Source: Lingula anatina
Taxonomy: Eukaryota > Animalia > Brachiopoda
NCBI GenBank assembly: GCA_051362555.1
Contig: CM120640.1
Coordinates: 58,010,788-58,074,787 of the forward strand
Direction: 5' to 3'
DNA: 64,000 nucleotides
Part shown: piece after piece, positions 38,078-64,000 of the stretch
How positions within the stretch are numbered: position 1 is the first letter of the stretch
Layout of the letters: each line of letters begins with the position of its first letter
The notes under the pieces: generated by a model
What the model was told of the DNA's origin: nothing
Seen by the model: the letters and a program-made list of their open reading frames with translations, nothing else
The model's database searches: none
Translations under genes and position numbers: made by a program

Positions 38078-40486
38078 ATGTCTGTTAAGCTACTGAAATT
38101 ACTTGTTTGCGTGTTATTCTACATGGGCACTAAGCAGAGCAGCCGTGCGAATATGCCAAAAAATACGACTCCCAATGTAAGGATCGAGGAGAACGAAGAG
38201 GTAATGCTAAACTTGGATGACTTCGTTGTTCCTCCTCCTCCACCAGACAGATTGATGTGCGACAGGATGTCTTTGTGCACAAACTCAAGCTCAGACAGCA
38301 ATGACGAAGAAAGAAACTGTTACTGTAATAGTCTGTGTGTTCTCTACGGGGACTGTTGTGAAGATGCTGACTCTGTACACCTAATAGACGATAGAGACAA
38401 AGCAGCACACTCTGAATACACGATTCTGAGAGAAAAAATAAAGGGTACGTTTGAATGCACCGCGCTTCCCGGAATGGATTTATCCCGATTTCAGTATGTA
38501 ATTACAAGATGCCCCTCCGCTTGGAACATGTCACAGAGGGTACGGTACTCTTGTGAGAATCCTCTAGACTGGAGCTCAAATGATATTTTTTTAAGTATAC
38601 CTGCCGTCGGAAAAAGAACGGGGTTGTTGTTTAAAAATGTGTATTGTAGTATATGCCATGGCGAACTCAGCGTAACGTATTATAATGTGAAATATATTTG
38701 TGAATTTCCACCTTTGGAATTTGAACTTCAAAAGCATTTACCCCTGAGGGATGGAAAGGATGTTACACCCACACGTAATAGTAAGCCCACAACGACTCAA
38801 AGCACTTTAAATATATCAGACATAGCTCGCATTTGCAGTTGGAAAATAGTCGAACCAGACTTACGAAATGTAAAACACTTTTCAAAGCACTGTATTTACC
38901 ATACATCAAAGTGTCAAGATAAACACAGTATTTACAGGCAAGAATGTGAGGACGTACCGTTCGTCTCTTTTGTTTATGCATCGCATCGTGTCATCTACAA
39001 GAACAAATTCTGTGCGTTTTGTAACGGGCTTAACGAGAGTGACGTTACTTGCACTATCAGAAGTCCCCTTGTGTTTAGTATGACAGACGTAGCCTTTGGG
39101 GTGGGTGAAGGCGGATTGCCTTATTCCGTTTTATTTGATCCAAACGCATTGTCGTTTCGAGCGTCTGGGAGAGATATTGCCACTAAAAACTTTAAGAAGT
39201 GTTTACAGGGGCAGGTTTTTGATGTTGTGTCAGAAAGATGTCGGCAGCTTCTCTGCAGCACGAACGAAAAACTGGTCGGTAATATATGTGTCAGTGTTGA
39301 TAGCGAGGAACCTACCCACTTAAATGACGACAATGGAGCTGCTTCAGATACTACACAGAATGTTACACGTAGCACCTGCCCGAAGTTAAATTACACCGTC
39401 TACGTACATTTTCAAAATGACACTCTCTATGTCAATGCCACCGATAGACTTTATTTGCCAGAATCTTTTGAATTTCTCGATGACGGAACTGTGCTCGTTT
39501 GCACTAATTTGTCACAAAATATTTCATATGACGAAAACTTTGAGCCCTTCTCATTTAGTTTTGATGCCGCACAAGTTATTTGTTCAACGGTTGGTCTGGT
39601 CATTTCTACTGTTTGTCTCGGGCTTCTTTTAATTATATATTCACTGCTTTCGACTCTAAGGAATCTTCCCGGAAAGATATTAATGTGCCTGGTAGCCTCC
39701 TTGTTCGTTGCACAGACACTTTTCCTACTGAGCCCACTTTGGGGTAAATTTGACACAGCTTGCATTACTTTCGCGGTGCTAATGCACTTCTCGTATTTAG
39801 CAACGTTTTTCTGGACAAATGTTATGTCTTTCGATATTTGTTTTACATTTTCAAATGCAAGCCGTATTTCAAATTCAAGCAAGCACACCAAGAAGTTTGT
39901 TTTTTATTCTATTTACGGGTGGGGTTCAGCGCTCTTCGTGACATTATCTGGGGTTGTTGTGGATCGTAGCGGCGTTCCCTCAGAGTTCAAACCGAGATAC
40001 GGTGACAATGGTGTGTGCTGGATTACCCAGAAATACGGACTTTTGATATTCTTCATATGTCCCGTCTCACTCTTGTTATGCTTAGACTTGATATGTTTTG
40101 TCTTGGCGGTGGTTGGAATTCGACGAGCTTCAAAAGCGGCAAGTTTCGCCAAAAAGACATCCGAAAAACGGCGTTTAATACTTTACATCAAACTTTCGGC
40201 TGTAATGGGCCTTACCTGGATCACTGCTTATTTTTCCATGGCAACAAAAATAAGTGAACTTTGGTTTCTTTTCATATTTCTCAATACGTGGCTTGGGGTG
40301 TTTATTTTTTTGGCTTTTATATGTAACAAAAAGGTGTATAACCTTCTCAAAAATCTTTTTGGCATTAAGAGGAGAGAGGTAACAACATCCAAAAGCAATA
40401 CCTTATCAACGACAGTATCTTCACCAATATCAAGTGTTACTAGGCCGAACACGAAGGAAATTGCAGACAGATGTACTTCGATTTAA
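38078..40486 (+). CDS. Intronless class-B-like GPCR with somatomedin-B-like domain, paralog 2, 802 aa
   Basis: Same architecture: signal peptide, CYCNSLCVLYGDCC, LRNLPGKIL, LMHFSYLATFFWTNVMSFD, CWITQKYGLLIFF, KLSAVMGLTW, FLNTWLGVFIFL. Confidence 0.93.
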   Translation: MSVKLLKLLVCVLFYMGTKQSSRANMPKNTTPNVRIEENEEVMLNLDDFVVPPPPPDRLMCDRMSLCTNSSSDSNDEERNCYCNSLCVLYGDCCEDADSVHLIDDRDKAAHSEYTILREKIKGTFECTALPGMDLSRFQYVITRCPSAWNMSQRVRYSCENPLDWSSNDIFLSIPAVGKRTGLLFKNVYCSICHGELSVTYYNVKYICEFPPLEFELQKHLPLRDGKDVTPTRNSKPTTTQSTLNISDIARICSWKIVEPDLRNVKHFSKHCIYHTSKCQDKHSIYRQECEDVPFVSFVYASHRVIYKNKFCAFCNGLNESDVTCTIRSPLVFSMTDVAFGVGEGGLPYSVLFDPNALSFRASGRDIATKNFKKCLQGQVFDVVSERCRQLLCSTNEKLVGNICVSVDSEEPTHLNDDNGAASDTTQNVTRSTCPKLNYTVYVHFQNDTLYVNATDRLYLPESFEFLDDGTVLVCTNLSQNISYDENFEPFSFSFDAAQVICSTVGLVISTVCLGLLLIIYSLLSTLRNLPGKILMCLVASLFVAQTLFLLSPLWGKFDTACITFAVLMHFSYLATFFWTNVMSFDICFTFSNASRISNSSKHTKKFVFYSIYGWGSALFVTLSGVVVDRSGVPSEFKPRYGDNGVCWITQKYGLLIFFICPVSLLLCLDLICFVLAVVGIRRASKAASFAKKTSEKRRLILYIKLSAVMGLTWITAYFSMATKISELWFLFIFLNTWLGVFIFLAFICNKKVYNLLKNLFGIKRREVTTSKSNTLSTTVSSPISSVTRPNTKEIADRCTSI

Positions 40487-43400
40487 CTGATAGGCCTACT
40501 GGAAAAAATGTATTAAATGTCTTGAGTAATGAGGATAGATTTTGTGGGATCATGATTCGTGTTCATGCAATGGAGTCTATGCCCACGCAGTGGATTGTCA
40601 AGCGTTATGAACTTCTGTAGAGCTTATGAAGTAAAATGTAACATATTTCATTTGAAGTGAAGGATCTCTATTCATATTCTACTCGGATTGCCTATAACGC
40701 AGCAAGCAGGAGATGAAGTGTGGATTCCGTTAATTTAGCGGAAGATGTTTTATAGATGTACACACATGATGTGTTTGATGTTCTTGATAATCTCTTTTGA
40801 AGTAATAAAATCAATCATAACTCAAAACAGTGCTGTGTTTTCATTGGTTTTCATCAACAAACTCTTCCGAGAAACAATATAGAAGCTTTATAAGTAATTA
40901 GTTGAGTTGATTGAGACATTTACTGGCCTCCCCAGCGTACATTTTATTATTGTTAATAGTAATTGCTACCAAATTTGTCCCCAGACGTTATTCCTATTGA
41001 TGCATTTATATGCACTGTTTTTATAGTATCATTAGCTAGTGAACATTCGCTTCAAGTGTTAGTATTGACTATTCGAATCAGAAAGTTTTTTTTACATTCT
41101 AATGCTCAGTAAACTTGTGGCGCGTTACCTAAGATAGACTGATGGGTCTTTTTTGACTCCTAAGAAAACATCATCAAAGATGTGAAGAAAGGCGCCCGTC
41201 TCTATGTGTCTGATCATACCGTTAATAGGTAACCCGATAAACAACAGATAATGAACTTTCAGACAGTGGTAAAATGTCAAGGGGTCACACAGCACTTTCG
41301 GTCTATTTTTTTATGACGTGACATAAAGAATTACAGACAGTTATATAATGCTTTCCATCCAAATATCACAATGGAACCACGTTTGCTGAATTAATTTACG
41401 TGTTTAAAGACTTTCAACACCAACTATTTTCCCCTGCGAAATTGGGAAAGTTTTAGTCGTACTACTGTAGTAGGTTTTATCATAAAATAACTTGGGTTCG
41501 TGTTCATAATTTAAGCTCTGTTTAAAACATCTTAAATCAGAAAGCACGTGTAATGGAAATTTTGGCAACCTAACATGCATATCCGATCAATAATTCAAAG
41601 TTTAGACATGCTGTCATTGAAATAACCAGTAGAAGACTGCGCTTTTTCATGGTAGGGCCTATCCCACCACCTTGGTGCCTGGTGCCGCAGTCCCAGAGCG
41701 TGCTCTGAATGGCGTGAGAAAATGAGATTATATTCAAACTTCAGTTCATGATTTTTATCGTTCACAAATACCATTTATCACTTGTGTTCACGAGTGGGAC
41801 ATAAATAAAAGCCAAAGTATATTCCGTACATTCTAGACGCGGATCACAATCTTCGTCTGGACAGAGATTCCCACCCTTAACCTCAGGTTGGTCATGTCGA
41901 TATTGACTGTTCCATTGCCTGTCGGCGTCACCCTCACACTCTTTGGACTCTGCTATATAGCGCAATAAAGGTTTAAACTGGAATGTCGAATGAAAAAAAT
42001 GTCCTGAATTAATCCAACTGAATGATTTTATACTACTTGGGACAGTCTAAGTGCTGGTTAAAGAGATAAATAGGAGAATTGCTTCAGGGGGATTTTTAAT
42101 CCATTAGGTAAGAAAAGATCTTGGGGCACTTGGTCAAAGTGACTGATAAAAACAGGGCGTTTTGTATTTTAAATTCAGATTCTATTAGTAATCAATATTC
42201 TAACAGGCTGTCCTATCAATATAAGCATTTGCACCTCAGACGTGTGTTCCGCTAAATTAGAACACCTGAGGTAGGTTTATCTTACACCTAACATATGGAA
42301 TCTTACACAAGACCCAGCCGCTCTTTGCTAAAACAACCTTTATTTCAAGCGTTATTATACGGCAGGGTAGCATTCAGTCAAACGGTAAAGACCCGAATCA
42401 ATCGAACTTGAGCAAACACACGCACATAGGCTTATGTTTTTTCTAAATTTGACGTTGGAAAAGACAAAGCTATTAACGGTTTGCAAACAACCAGACGGAC
42501 GTTGCTATGGAAAAAAAATTAAAATGACATATGAACTCAACATCAATCGATAGGATCTTGGTTTATTGACAGGCTGGGATATTAAGAATTTATATCATAG
42601 AAATAGGGAATACGCGGTGAAGCACTGAATCGGCTTTCTTGCAGAGCGTTCAAAATTGCACTAGGTGCGACTTCACCGATAACATCACACCGAATACTGC
42701 AATACATGATAGCATCTCCAATTAAAATTGGTAATTTATTTAAGATTAGTAACAATTTGCCCCGATCTTTAACTTTTTTTACTTATATACATAAATAGAT
42801 AAATGAATGAATAAATGAAAAAATGATTATTACGGATCTTCAATCGCAATTTTGTCTATTTGCTACCGTGTTGCAGGCGCAGTTTCACTTTTTGCATCCC
42901 AAGATTTTTTGGACACGGAACGAAAGTTTTAATAATCGTGATTTTATTTTGGAAGTGCATTGTTGAGAAGGAACAGATGAAAATCGCCTCTACCGCTATA
43001 GCATCCTTAGAATCCGAACTAACATAAAATGCCTTCGACGAGATCAATTTTATCAACATTTAAGAAAAAGTAAATAAATAAATAAATAAATTTGCGATAT
43101 AGCCTACATTCTTCATTCTTAAGACTGAAGAAAAAACGGGTTTTATACCGACGTAAACCTACATGTTACCTACTTTTGTAAGCGCCATATTTGAAATGGC
43201 TATATAGTAGTTACACAGACGAACCTTTGTCCAGATGATGGTTATAAATCATTATTTATTAAAACTGGGAGAAGAAAAAGAGTTGCTATTTAGTAAGGTA
43301 AAAGATGCGTGACAGATCTTTCCGATTAGTATGCCTTTTGCGTCTTTCAAATTGTTTCTAATGTTCAAATGATTTGCCCTAGCCCCATCATTTTAAGCAG

Positions 43401-43754
43401 CAAGTCTGGTGGGATAAACGATGACGTGGCCTTGGGGATTTTCTGTTCCTTCTCAAAAACCTTTCATGTTTGTAATCTGTTATTTCAGTTCTTTCGTTTG
43501 AATATTTTGTTCTATAAAGTTTTAACATCAATAAAATACGTAAAAATTCTATCCAAAAAGTGAGTGAGCACTTTTATTATATAACGTCAACAACAGTAAC
43601 GTTGCGAATGCATAAATATCCCCCAGACTTTAGTATCGTGCAGAAACTTATAAATACATTTAAGGTTTGTCTGTGGTTTTGACTAAGCATATTGTCCAAA
43701 TATTCTAACATAAACTAAACAGATGTTGCAAAGTCACGAAAGTCATTGAACAAC

Positions 43755-45989
43755 ATGAAGGCTGTTGCAAGTATTTTCTTGTCGTCACTGCTTGTTTTGA
43801 AATGCTCTGGCGCTCTTTTGAACAGAACAAACATCAACAAAAATGCTTTTGGAATCGAAAAAAGTTTTAAGACGTTTTGTAATGACTCCGAGCATGGACA
43901 GTCCAACGATTATCTGAGCTGCGGTTGTGATTATCACTGTGCGATTTATGGAGATTGCTGTCAAGACGCGTACAGATATCAGAATGGTGACATTTTTTCT
44001 AAGGGTCATAGTTTGTTTTCTTTGACCAACAAGATACGTGACACGTATGAGTGCGAGTTTCTTTCTGGGCAAAGTAAGCCAGTCTACATCATCAAACGAT
44101 GCCCTGGGTCTTGGAAGGCTTCAATTCAAGTGAAGGATTACTGCGAAAATATCGCGAATGATTCATATTCGGTTCCTCTCGAAAGTGTCCCTGTAATTGG
44201 ACGGACGACAGGTTTTGTTTACAGAAACATGTACTGCAGCATGTGCCACAATGAAAATAACGTAACATTCTTTAAGGTGGAGTACACCTGTAACTTTACG
44301 ACAAATTTTCGCTTTAAACCGCGTTTTTCAAGGCGACCGCAGAAAATGAACATTTCTGAAGTTGCAAAGCAGTGTACCGCTTCGTATAAGAGACCGACTG
44401 ACAGGAGTGACACGGACCGATCTTTACTGCACTGTAATAATGTGACAACATGCAGTCTGAAGGATAGCATTTATAGGCATTGGTGCGAAGAATCAACGTC
44501 GGACACTTTAGAGGCCGTGGTATATGGAAATACGACGTACAAAAACAAATACTGTGCAGTGTGCAACGGGTTGAATGTTGACCAGTTTTCAAGTCAGCCA
44601 TTTCCAACAAAGCCCAGCCCTTTGTCCAGTGGTTCATGGATTCCTTCGTATCGTGTTTTATTCGATCCAAATTCACTTTCATTTGAATGGAATATTATGG
44701 GTCACTCAACCACTGAAACATTTGAAAAATGTCCCGAAGGGCAGGTATTCGTCGTCCCCATGGCAACGTGTCAACGGGTTCTGTGTGGCGATGGAGAAAC
44801 ATTGTGGAATAACACGTGCATACGAAAACCTGATCACGATGTCCCTCAAAATTACACAGCTAAAAATATCAGCCCGACCATTCTTGGGTGTCTTAAACTG
44901 AACTACAGCGATTTTGTTTTGCGCCAGGATGGATCAGTGTTTATCAATGCAACTGAGGAAATATTTTCACCTGGCACTTATGACGTAAATGGTGACAGTC
45001 ACATAATCGTTTGCTCTAACTTCTCTCAAAATTACAGCAAAAACGAGGATGTAAATATAGAAAAGGCAATTGCTTTTCGTTTCAATGACGCACAAGCTAT
45101 ACTTTCTCTGGTTGGCCTCGTCATTTCCACGGTTTGTCTCGGTCTTCACTTCTTTATTTACGCACTGTTGCCAAGTCTAAGAAATCTTCCAGGAAAAGTT
45201 CTGATGTCCCTAGTAGCCTCCTTGTGTGTTGCTCAATTCCTTTTTATGCTGACTCCAGTTTGGAAAAAAACAGAATCCGCCTGCGTTGCGTTTGCGGTAT
45301 TAATGCACTACTCATACCTGGCTGCGTTTTTTTGGATGAACGTCATGTCCTTCGATATTTGCCACACGTTTTCCATCTCAATTACAACTTTCAAGCAGAA
45401 TAGAAGATCTATGAAGTTCATTTATTATTCGTTATATGCTTGGGGTTCATCGATTTTAATAACGTCGACTTCTTTAATCATCGATCACGCTGATGTTCCA
45501 ACCTCGTATAAGCCTCGATACGGTGCCTATGGAATCTGCTGGATAACACAAAAATACGGCCTTCTGATTTTCTTTCTCGCTCCGGTGGCATTGCTCTTGC
45601 TGCTTAACATGGTTTTCTTTGCAATGTCTGTGCATGGTATTAGAAAAGTTTCCAAAGCAGCAAAATTTGCTAAGCCAAAAGCGGCAGCCAACAGAAGAAG
45701 AGTGATTCTTTACACAAAATTATCCATTGTTATGGGTCTCTCTTGGATTGTAGGGTATGTTGCCATGGCATCAAACTTCACAGAACTTTGGTATCTTTTC
45801 ATATTTCTAAATACGTGGCTGGGCGTTTTCATATTTTTGGTTTTTGTTTGTAACAGAAAGGTTTACAGAACGATTATAGAAAAGTTCACACACAACCATA
45901 GATCACTTTCGACGAAGAGCAACACATCTACGACTACAACCCGTTTTTCCGTATCTTCAAGAACATTTAGCGAAAGAATAAAAAAATGA
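43755..45989 (+). CDS. Intronless class-B-like GPCR with somatomedin-B-like domain, paralog 3, 744 aa
   Basis: First ATG at 43755 (the ORF track starts at an upstream TTG); signal peptide MKAVASIFLSSLLVLKCSGA, CGCDYHCAIYGDCC, LRNLPGKVL, LMHYSYLAAFFWMNVMSFD, CWITQKYGLLIFF, FLNTWLGVFIFL. Confidence 0.93.
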   Translation: MKAVASIFLSSLLVLKCSGALLNRTNINKNAFGIEKSFKTFCNDSEHGQSNDYLSCGCDYHCAIYGDCCQDAYRYQNGDIFSKGHSLFSLTNKIRDTYECEFLSGQSKPVYIIKRCPGSWKASIQVKDYCENIANDSYSVPLESVPVIGRTTGFVYRNMYCSMCHNENNVTFFKVEYTCNFTTNFRFKPRFSRRPQKMNISEVAKQCTASYKRPTDRSDTDRSLLHCNNVTTCSLKDSIYRHWCEESTSDTLEAVVYGNTTYKNKYCAVCNGLNVDQFSSQPFPTKPSPLSSGSWIPSYRVLFDPNSLSFEWNIMGHSTTETFEKCPEGQVFVVPMATCQRVLCGDGETLWNNTCIRKPDHDVPQNYTAKNISPTILGCLKLNYSDFVLRQDGSVFINATEEIFSPGTYDVNGDSHIIVCSNFSQNYSKNEDVNIEKAIAFRFNDAQAILSLVGLVISTVCLGLHFFIYALLPSLRNLPGKVLMSLVASLCVAQFLFMLTPVWKKTESACVAFAVLMHYSYLAAFFWMNVMSFDICHTFSISITTFKQNRRSMKFIYYSLYAWGSSILITSTSLIIDHADVPTSYKPRYGAYGICWITQKYGLLIFFLAPVALLLLLNMVFFAMSVHGIRKVSKAAKFAKPKAAANRRRVILYTKLSIVMGLSWIVGYVAMASNFTELWYLFIFLNTWLGVFIFLVFVCNRKVYRTIIEKFTHNHRSLSTKSNTSTTTTRFSVSSRTFSERIKK

Positions 45990-48262
45990 TCTCGAGAAGA
46001 CGTGGCGGTACCCAACGCAAAATCCAAGGTACTTCGATCTCTCTACACTTCCAGGCAGAAAATCGGCTAAAGCCAGCTATTTTAATAGTTTTCTAAATTG
46101 TTGGGTTAGGCAGTAGAATCCGCATACAATCAGAATGTTAGATAAATTTTAGTAAGATTCATTCTGCGAATTATAGACCTGCTCGATTGTGCCGCAGATA
46201 ATGAAAAAAGTTGTCATATGCACTGCCCCATTCATTCTGTGAACATCGGCGGCAAGAAGCAGTAACCGTTACGTGCCGATGCATTTACTTTAACAGCCAT
46301 CTTAAAACGTGTCGAACGAGCAACGGTGGTTACTATTCCCACTTGTTTACTTGACGTTTGGTTGAAAACCAGTCAACTTCCTCTAGTTTTGTTTGATCTT
46401 GTCAAACGTTTAACTGTACCTGGATTTAAATGGACCTCGTTTTCCCAACAAAGACCAATAGTGCACCCATTTCTCTATAACCTCCAAGTCGTAATTTTTT
46501 TGCTCGTGTTGGTTTCCAATGTGCACCAGTTATAAAAAAACGTCAACAATACACTGGTAAGTTTAGCTATTTATTTTTCCGAAGTCAATTTGAGACAATT
46601 TGTGGCATCTTCTGAAGGTACTTATCAGATCAGTTGTACATGTCCTTCCTTTTGCTCATCAAACGCAGCAGCAAGATAACAAGTAATTTGCTTAAGTGAT
46701 GGGAAAAGCAAGCAGCAAATAAATAGTATCAGTATATTCCACGGACAGCAAAGCAGTCACGTACATGCGTGCACGCCTTCAATAAGTATGTATTCTATGT
46801 GCAGCTCTAGATCTGTTGTGTTTTTATATAGGGGAATCCCCAGTGTCTGCACGAACTGGAAGACTTGACTATAATCCGAGTGCTGTAATCATGATATGTA
46901 CAAAAACGCTATACAGCCGACAACATACCAAATTCCCTCCCATCCTAATACCAACACACAATATTCGTATGTAGCAGCCAAACATGTTGTAAGCACTCTG
47001 AGGTGTATTTATTCGTAATGGCTTTGATATTTACTATGTTTGTCTCTAACCTGTGAAGATAACTCTAGTATAGGAACATAAGGAATTTCTAAAACAAGTA
47101 TCCTGTGTTTTATTAATTTATCAATGCTATCAGTGGATGTTGCATACGTGGCATTTTTGTCACCTAGAACTGACCAGGAATTCATAAACAAAGCACCTGT
47201 GGCATTTACGATTTGAATATCTTATTTTCTACTCAAAGGAATGGTTTAGCCAAGAAACTTAGGAATGTTGCTGACACAGGTACCAAGTATTTGAATTCTT
47301 TCAGCTCCTTGAGCACATACATCATAATAAGGTTAAGTGGAATGACTGAGCTGATCACTATAGAATGGTTCCAATCACCATTACAAAATAATATACTTCT
47401 GCCAATACCTGTACAAATACAATATGCAACACAATAATGGCATAATGATAATGATTATAATAATAATAATAAACATATAATATTGTTCTTTTTTGTTTGT
47501 AATCTACTAACGGTAAACTTGGGTAACCACGTGCAAAATATATTATACCTATCATCATAATATTTTTTCCTCAGTATAATAAACTGGTTTTGTATAGAAA
47601 AGAACATTATACAAAACTGTCAATACATTTGGAAAACAATGGTATCACTATAGACTACAAACGTCTGGCAAAGTCACAACTCTGAATTACATTCTCACAT
47701 TTGACAGTTGATAGCAGAGGTGAACGAATATCATCATCAGCTGATCATATTGGGATAATTTTCACCAATTTTCGGAGATCAACAGTGCTAATGCTAACAA
47801 ACTGCTTTCCCACTTTAGGTTAATCAAGCAGTATCACAGTATGAATCATATTTATTCCTTAGTCTATATCTTATCAATAATTGTGTTCACAGATTCAAGG
47901 ATTATTCCTCAACCCTTTACAAAGAAAATATATGAGATATATGTCAAAGGTAAACAAGGCCACAGTTTCATAATGCATCCTATGACCTGACTACAAATAC
48001 TATAAATTGGGGTCTGTTCAAACTGATGGCATAATTTGTAATCATGGCATTCCAATTTCAACAATCATCATACACAACATACTGCTGTGGGCTCTGCCCT
48101 AATACAATACAAAACAATCTGGTCCCTTGAAATGTATATTCTTAACAGTCTAATCAAATACACTGCCCCATGTTTTAACCCAATCAGTCCTGCTAAAGTT
48201 TGTGTGGGAATATTGTAAAAAGATATTAAGTCAAGGCTGTCCGTCAGGATTTTTGGTGGGAT

Positions 48263-62724
<14,462 letters not shown>

Positions 62725-64000
62725 CTATAAATATAAGACTTTGATCTTAACTTCATTTTAGAATAAATTTCATTAATTTGGTAAAAGTCACAAAAGACCC
62801 TTGTAGAATTGAACACAGATAGGCTTTATATCCACAAAATTGTGGTTTTATTTAAAATCACAATTTTGTGGATATATATATATATATAGTCTCAAAATCC
62901 TTTTCTTGTTTTACCTGTAAACAGCAAGATAACTTTTATTTACTAGCTATTCAACATTGCTTGCAGATTTTTTCAGTGCTAAGCAAAGAGATAAGATAGC
63001 GTTACAAAACTATGTGACCCTTATGGCTAAAATCAGATTATAACTTGATAAAACCATATTTGACACCTTACAGTCACTTTTGGCCATAAAATTTGAGCAA
63101 CCCCCCCCCATATAAATAATATAATTAACAAATAAAATACTAATGACAAACATAAAAAATGCAGAAGTTACAAGATTGAATAAGAATGAATCAAGATTCA
63201 ACGAGGTTTTAAAAGATTGTAAACAAGGGGAAACTGCTTATCATTTACGAGACATGCAAATACATCAAAGGAGCGCAATGAAAAGGAACCTTCAACCAAA
63301 CAGTGCTCCTGATTAAGATGCAAAAAGGTCAACTCATTGTTTACTTTGTCAGGTGTGTACCACACTGCACTAAAGAGGGTGTAACTGCAGTATCTGTAAA
63401 TAGGCTAAAGGAGTTGTGAGATAAGATGGTCTGAAGCTTGGTCCATGTTTCTTAATCTCCAGTCAAACATTAATTTTCACCCTGATTAATACCACTATCA
63501 CCAGAATTTTTCTCATTAATATTTATATATTGATAAATGCTATGAGAAAACTAAGGTATGTCAATGAAATTTTTATTTTAAAATATAGTTAGTTATATTT
63601 GTCTTAGCTTCTTTGCATGACTGCTATTTGACAAATGCTACCTTTTGTCCCAACTTGTTATGCTGGGTCAGAAGTACATTTACACACAATGACATATGGT
63701 CTCATACACTAGGAACAGAATTGTGTCAGTCTATTATAAGTTAATATTTAAACACATCAACATACTTTATCATAAACATCCCAACTTAATTTTATCACAT
63801 ATACAGTGTTCCACATTACTGAAATCACCAAGTCTTATGTTACAATACATTTCTATCAGGTCAAATTAAAATTTAAGTCTTTTTTGAGTAGTTTTCTTTT
63901 GTGGTAGCTGGTACAAATGCTAAACTATGAATATAAGATCTATTGAAGCATTATAAATTCACCAGTGTGGTGGGACAAAATAAGGAATTGAAGTATACTT

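Noticed and set aside
41762-41965. Minus-strand 67-aa Cys/acidic ORF (…GGNLCPDEDCDPRLECTEY…)
   Set aside because: Looks mildly protein-like and has a possible acceptor, but no ATG, no partner exons and no recognisable family; left uncalled.
34401-45403. Many short overlapping or antisense ORFs within the receptor genes
   Set aside because: Shadow frames of the long receptor ORFs.
63066-63088. ATGGCCAAAAGTGACT|GTAAGG (minus strand) as the missing first ERM coding exon
   Set aside because: It would end in phase 1, but the next exon (62724) needs phase 0; the start exon is probably outside the window.

Overview
AT-rich animal genomic DNA with GT-AG introns. It is probably lophotrochozoan (mollusc-like), inferred from the 8-cysteine insulin and the repeat families. 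From left to right the window holds: (1) the last six coding exons of a SEPT2-group septin, closest to SEPT4/5 (+, 930-4394); (2) about 17 kb without a recognisable gene, carrying several MITEs and repeat relics; (3) a complete three-exon molluscan-type insulin-related peptide gene with a CRE/TATA/Inr promoter and a C-terminal D-peptide (+, 23257-25762); (4) a convergent four-exon orphan gene (-, 27138-29224, about 411 aa); (5) three tandem intronless class-B-like 7TM receptors (Methuselah/latrophilin-like) with a somatomedin-B-like domain and a Cys-rich ectodomain (+, 33019-45989); (6) thirteen exons of an ERM (moesin/radixin/ezrin) gene (-, 48263-62724; first coding exon not found). Its 9.3-kb intron is filled by three nested or head-to-tail Helentron-type non-autonomous elements. 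One of these carries a 146-bp satellite array of about 20 copies, nearly all with a perfect nuclear-receptor DR1 motif. Exon boundaries and translations were read by hand from the sequence, no database searches were run, and family assignments rest on recalled motifs.
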